Shown here: positions 60,204 to 64,000 of the stretch, piece after piece | How positions within the stretch are numbered: position 1 is the stretch's first letter | Layout: every line of letters begins with the position of its first letter | Assembly (NCBI GenBank): GCA_051546255.1 | Contig: CP128816.1 | Location: 868,001-932,000, forward strand | DNA length: 64,000 bases | Direction of reading: 5' to 3' | Source of the DNA: Meyerozyma guilliermondii | Lineage: Eukaryota | The notes under the pieces: generated by a model | Databases searched by the model: none | The model's input: only the letters and a program-made list of their open reading frames with translations | What the model was told of the DNA's origin: nothing | Translations under genes and position numbers: made by a program

Positions 60204-61799
60204 TTAGCTAAGATCAATAGCACTGTCTAAGGCATTGCTCACACAGTCAGGTACACCTATGCCCTTGCCAAAACACATTCCCCCGAGCGATAAAGTACCT
60301 TTATACTCCAGAGCGAGCAATAATTCTGTTTTCTCTTTGATAGCCTTATACCCCACATTATACTGAGGAATGCAGTCTTTATGCAAATTGTACGAGATAA
60401 GAATATCATCACCTTCTAGAGTAACCTTGGTGTCTTTTTCATTTGCCTCGTCTCTTAAAATTACTTTTTTTTGCAGGATATCCACCCCGAGATATTGTTG
60501 TAGGCACTTTTTCACGGCTCTTAAATTGACAGAGTTGGAGGGAATTTCGTCGCTGAAAAAATGTCCTCCCATCATCAATGTTATCTTGCTGTAACCATCA
60601 AACTTCTCTGGTTGTCCCTCAAAGCTGTGGGAATTCTTTTCGATATCTGAATCAAATATTATGCCAAGAAGTCTCTCTTGATTATGAACTGACTTTGGGA
60701 CCAAGAACCCAAATCCCTCCTGATCTCTGGGTACAAGTCTTTCTCGGGAGTAAATGTTTGCCATAAAGATACTAACATACTCAATTTTGGAAAATTTTTC
60801 GGTAAGAGCCAGTTTCTGAGCTAGTGATGCCAAAGCCTTGACGTTGATCGTTGATCGTATATGATCATATTTGTTAGTTCCATTACTCGTCTTTATGGTA
60901 CACTGCTTAAAGTCCACGTTATCAATTGTCGTATCGTATAAAATGTCCACGTTGGCTTGTGACTGTAAGTACGACGATAACGCAAGTGGTAGCTCTTGTA
61001 GTCCATTCCTAAGTTTGACAATTGGATATCCTTTGAGTTTAGCTTCCAAGCCACGAAGGTCAGCCTGGGGCGAGATACGCTGCTCATACACCTTCAAACT
61101 GGTTTCTAGGTCCTTTTGGTGCTTTTTTGCAGTAAGTGCTTTGTACATGTTCTTGAGTGCACCTTTCACGATTGAGCCGTGATCTTTTTCAAGTGCCACA
61201 AGTCCGGGAACCACACTGTTCACGCTAAGTTTGGATACGTCCCCGGCGTATATTCCGTGTAGAACAGCACTCATTATGTTATCAGTCAATGCGGTGGATT
61301 TAAACCGACGTTTAATGAAGCTTTCTATACTCTCGTCTTTTCCTGTCGATGAAACCTTTTGAAAGATCTCTTTAATTGCTCCAGTGGGGATCCCAGACAC
61401 AACACCGCTCGACAAAAACTTCAAAAAGGATTTGACCGAGCCCGGAACTTGCACAAGTTGGTGATCTTGTCCCACGATATATTTTCTGTTTGCAATCGAA
61501 GTCGATTTCATGACTTGAAGTTCATTTTCTATGTTTAGTTGCTTGAGTATGTCTATTATGAGCAATGTTCCATCACTCACGCCTCTTAGTGTCCTCGGTC
61601 CCTTCTCCAATATGATATTTTGTTGGTTGTTCGTGAGCTTCTTGGTTCTGATCCATCCTCCAGGCTGGTTCGATTTCTCGAAAACGGTGATTTTTACGTC
61701 TGGACGAAGCTTCTTAAGAAAATACGCATACGAAAGACCAGATATACCGGCCCCAATGACCCCTACCCGTCCATTTTGTGGTAGTTTGGTTGGTGCCAT
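60204..61799 (-). CDS. HEM14: Protoporphyrinogen oxidase
   Basis: VIGAGISGL FAD motif, EKGPRTLRG, HGIYAGD, GFGFLVP, CIPQY.VG, GIGVPDC; ATG at 61799. Confidence 0.92.
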   Translation of the reverse strand: MAPTKLPQNGRVGVIGAGISGLSYAYFLKKLRPDVKITVFEKSNQPGGWIRTKKLTNNQQNIILEKGPRTLRGVSDGTLLIIDILKQLNIENELQVMKSTSIANRKYIVGQDHQLVQVPGSVKSFLKFLSSGVVSGIPTGAIKEIFQKVSSTGKDESIESFIKRRFKSTALTDNIMSAVLHGIYAGDVSKLSVNSVVPGLVALEKDHGSIVKGALKNMYKALTAKKHQKDLETSLKVYEQRISPQADLRGLEAKLKGYPIVKLRNGLQELPLALSSYLQSQANVDILYDTTIDNVDFKQCTIKTSNGTNKYDHIRSTINVKALASLAQKLALTEKFSKIEYVSIFMANIYSRERLVPRDQEGFGFLVPKSVHNQERLLGIIFDSDIEKNSHSFEGQPEKFDGYSKITLMMGGHFFSDEIPSNSVNLRAVKKCLQQYLGVDILQKKVILRDEANEKDTKVTLEGDDILISYNLHKDCIPQYNVGYKAIKEKTELLLALEYKGTLSLGGMCFGKGIGVPDCVSNALDSAIDLS

Positions 61800-61882
61800 T
61801 AACAAGTAACAATCATTCGATATTTCAAATCGCACGGTGCGGCTACAATTTTGCAATTGGGGAGTAGATATTAAACTGGCAG

Positions 61883-64000
61883 CTATATGGCATGGTGCAT
61901 CTCGTGTTTGACTGGATGGGTCATGATCGACGCTTCGCTTGGTTCTCGTCTCATACGAGGCTCGTGGCTTCGGAAGCTCGAATTAGTAGCCACATTCGAA
62001 AGATTGTAGCCATCAACACTCACGTTTCGAAGTAGAGGTATTCTCTGTTCGAATGGCTGAGTTACAACACTCACTAGATCATCAGAAGAAGCGTTGACCT
62101 CCGAAACTAGACCATCAGAAGAAGCATTGATCTCCGACACTGAATCGTTATGTTCCGGTTCATCAACTCCATCCAGTTCATTCAGTTTCGATAACGTTAA
62201 TGGATCTTCCATGAGAACAGCATCCACTGTAGACACCCCGGTGCTATCTGAGTGAGGATACGAGTCTGACTTCCTGTTTCCTATTTCAAGACTGGACTCT
62301 AATGACGATTTAGACTGGCTGGATGGAGTACCTTCACTAGAATCCGCCGTGGTCAACGATGAAGATGTCGCTACTGTTTCGTTGTCCCGTCCAAGTTCGC
62401 TTTCTTGTTGGTGATCATAGTCAGCGGGCCTGTGTGATGGTGTTGCAAACGAACTTGAAAGTGAGGATCTGATAGTCGATTGCCTCATTGCAAGATTCGA
62501 AGAATCATGCTGAACAACATCGTCAATGCTAAGTTGACCAAAAACACTATCAACACTTGTAGAGGACACATTTTCGTAAGCAGGAGCAGGTCCAAGTGGA
62601 GCATGTGCAAGTGGAGATATAGATGGTATGGAACTCAACGGTTCTTCGATAGATGCCGATCTCATGAGGGGTGAAGTGGGGGCTGAAACCGCTTCTTCAA
62701 ACGACGGAAGAGTGTCTGGTGCCAGTGGATCGTATTTGGATATCGTTACGCCATTTCCCTGGTAATCTGGTTCGTTAAAAGATACTTCAGGTTGTTCATG
62801 ACTTCCTGAAGCATCGTAGGTAGGAAGTTGTATGGCATCCTCGTTACACTGCGAGCTCATCAACACTAAAGGAGTATCGACCACCACTTCATAATGATGC
62901 ATTTTGCTCTCCACAGTATCATCTGGCTTTGAGATTCGGAAACAAATCTGGAGACGATGGTGTACTTGAATATGACGGAAATTCGAATCTGGGTAAAGAG
63001 CTCTAGGAACAGAAGTGTATCCATGCTTCAAATTCTGCTTACTACTCTGTGAGTTCAGAAACGTCGAATAATCAGGAGTAATAAAGTCGGGATCCTCATC
63101 ACTCAAGTAGCCGTGGTCTGCGTGTGAATGGGAAATGTTGGTCTCAAGTGTGCCGATAGTGGGTGAAGCTGGCGAGTAGATGATGCCATGATCATTGGAT
63201 TGGATGTTTAAAGAAGCTCTTCTGGACGTATTGGGTGTATGTGATGGACGAGTTTGGTGATTTTTATACTCAACAGGTCTTTCAACAATATTGTTCTTAT
63301 CAGCTTTCGTGGTGAGAAAGGGAAGAGCTATATTGATATCAAGTGGAGACGCTATCATGGTGGACCTCGTGGTATCATCACCGATACTCGTGTTCAGTCT
63401 CATACCATGCACTCGAAAGTTTTCGATGTTGTCGCTATAATTTTCAACTCTAGAATCTGACAGTTCCGGCTCATAGCAGGAGAATAACAAGTTATTGTCG
63501 GGACACTTGATGAGTTCCTCTTTATAAGGCACCAACGAAGTTGTGTTGGCTTTGGACTTTGTCTTCAATTCGCAAACAGATACAATCCGTTCTCGGGTTT
63601 TGTTGTCGGTTCCCTGATGGAGCTGGAATGGATCTTCACCATCATAGTCATACTCACGAGCCATGGACTGCGATACGTAGGTAATCCGCTCGTGGATATT
63701 AAATTTTATACGTTTAACAACCACATCTTTCACCAAAGGAATAAGCTTAATATTGATAGGATGTTCGGAGCCAAGTGGCACATACTTGCGTGGGAATGTA
63801 ATAGTATAGTGAAGAGAATCGTTCCATACTCTATCCACGAAAATGGGTTTGTTAGACACGGAATTTGCCAATGAAGGAGGTGTACGAACCATAGGAATAT
63901 TGTAAGCTGCCTGCAACTTTACCTTTCTGTTTAGTTTATCACTTGTTTTGGAAAACAGCACACTAAGAGTGTGTTCAAGGCTGCCATTTATAGTTGTAAT
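61883..64000 (-). CDS. Arrestin-related Rsp5 adaptor (Ecm21/Csr2-like), 5' end beyond the window
   Basis: PIFVDRVWNDSL.Y, HIQVHHRLQI.FRISK, HYEVVVDTP, LPTY/PAY motifs; frame stays open to base 64000. Confidence 0.8.
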   Translation of the reverse strand: MTTINGSLEHTLSVLFSKTSDKLNRKVKLQAAYNIPMVRTPPSLANSVSNKPIFVDRVWNDSLHYTITFPRKYVPLGSEHPINIKLIPLVKDVVVKRIKFNIHERITYVSQSMAREYDYDGEDPFQLHQGTDNKTRERIVSVCELKTKSKANTTSLVPYKEELIKCPDNNLLFSCYEPELSDSRVENYSDNIENFRVHGMRLNTSIGDDTTRSTMIASPLDINIALPFLTTKADKNNIVERPVEYKNHQTRPSHTPNTSRRASLNIQSNDHGIIYSPASPTIGTLETNISHSHADHGYLSDEDPDFITPDYSTFLNSQSSKQNLKHGYTSVPRALYPDSNFRHIQVHHRLQICFRISKPDDTVESKMHHYEVVVDTPLVLMSSQCNEDAIQLPTYDASGSHEQPEVSFNEPDYQGNGVTISKYDPLAPDTLPSFEEAVSAPTSPLMRSASIEEPLSSIPSISPLAHAPLGPAPAYENVSSTSVDSVFGQLSIDDVVQHDSSNLAMRQSTIRSSLSSSFATPSHRPADYDHQQESELGRDNETVATSSSLTTADSSEGTPSSQSKSSLESSLEIGNRKSDSYPHSDSTGVSTVDAVLMEDPLTLSKLNELDGVDEPEHNDSVSEINASSDGLVSEVNASSDDLVSVVTQPFEQRIPLLRNVSVDGYNLSNVATNSSFRSHEPRMRREPSEASIMTHPVKHEMHHAI

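Noticed and set aside
1..64000. CRISPR-like arrays, transposases, viral or horizontally transferred genes
   Set aside because: No repeat-spacer periodicity or mobile-element domains seen; all recognisable genes look like native yeast genes

Overview
Compact, almost intron-free budding-yeast nuclear DNA with about 42 protein-coding genes. I found no recognisable tRNA, rRNA, transposon or CRISPR element. CTG codons repeatedly fall at conserved Ser positions, so this is a CUG-Ser (CTG-clade) yeast. Meyerozyma guilliermondii is my best guess (inference), and the supplied ORF translations mis-read CTG as Leu. Most genes are housekeeping genes in ancestral micro-synteny blocks: PTC2-SAS3-TatD-PTH2-DOT6-TRP2; DLD2-YDL177C-like; THS1-YIL077C-like-SEC28; UTP7/GET2; DAM1/SHY1; NUT2-V-ATPase f-JIP5; PXP2/YMR1. 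Most notable observations: (1) a full-length, apparently mitochondria-targeted Dss1/RNase II homologue that has lost its catalytic aspartates (candidate pseudonuclease); (2) a 45-nt, stop-free, in-frame intron right after the TRP2 start; (3) a co-oriented UGA2 / aldo-keto reductase / signal-peptide ureohydrolase group with long promoters, two sharing a bZIP motif; (4) several motif arrays in promoters; (5) short repeats that echo the stop-codon sequence in several 3' flanks. Start codons were adjusted by eye where the ORF track used TTG/GTG. Family assignments come from recalled motifs, not database searches.
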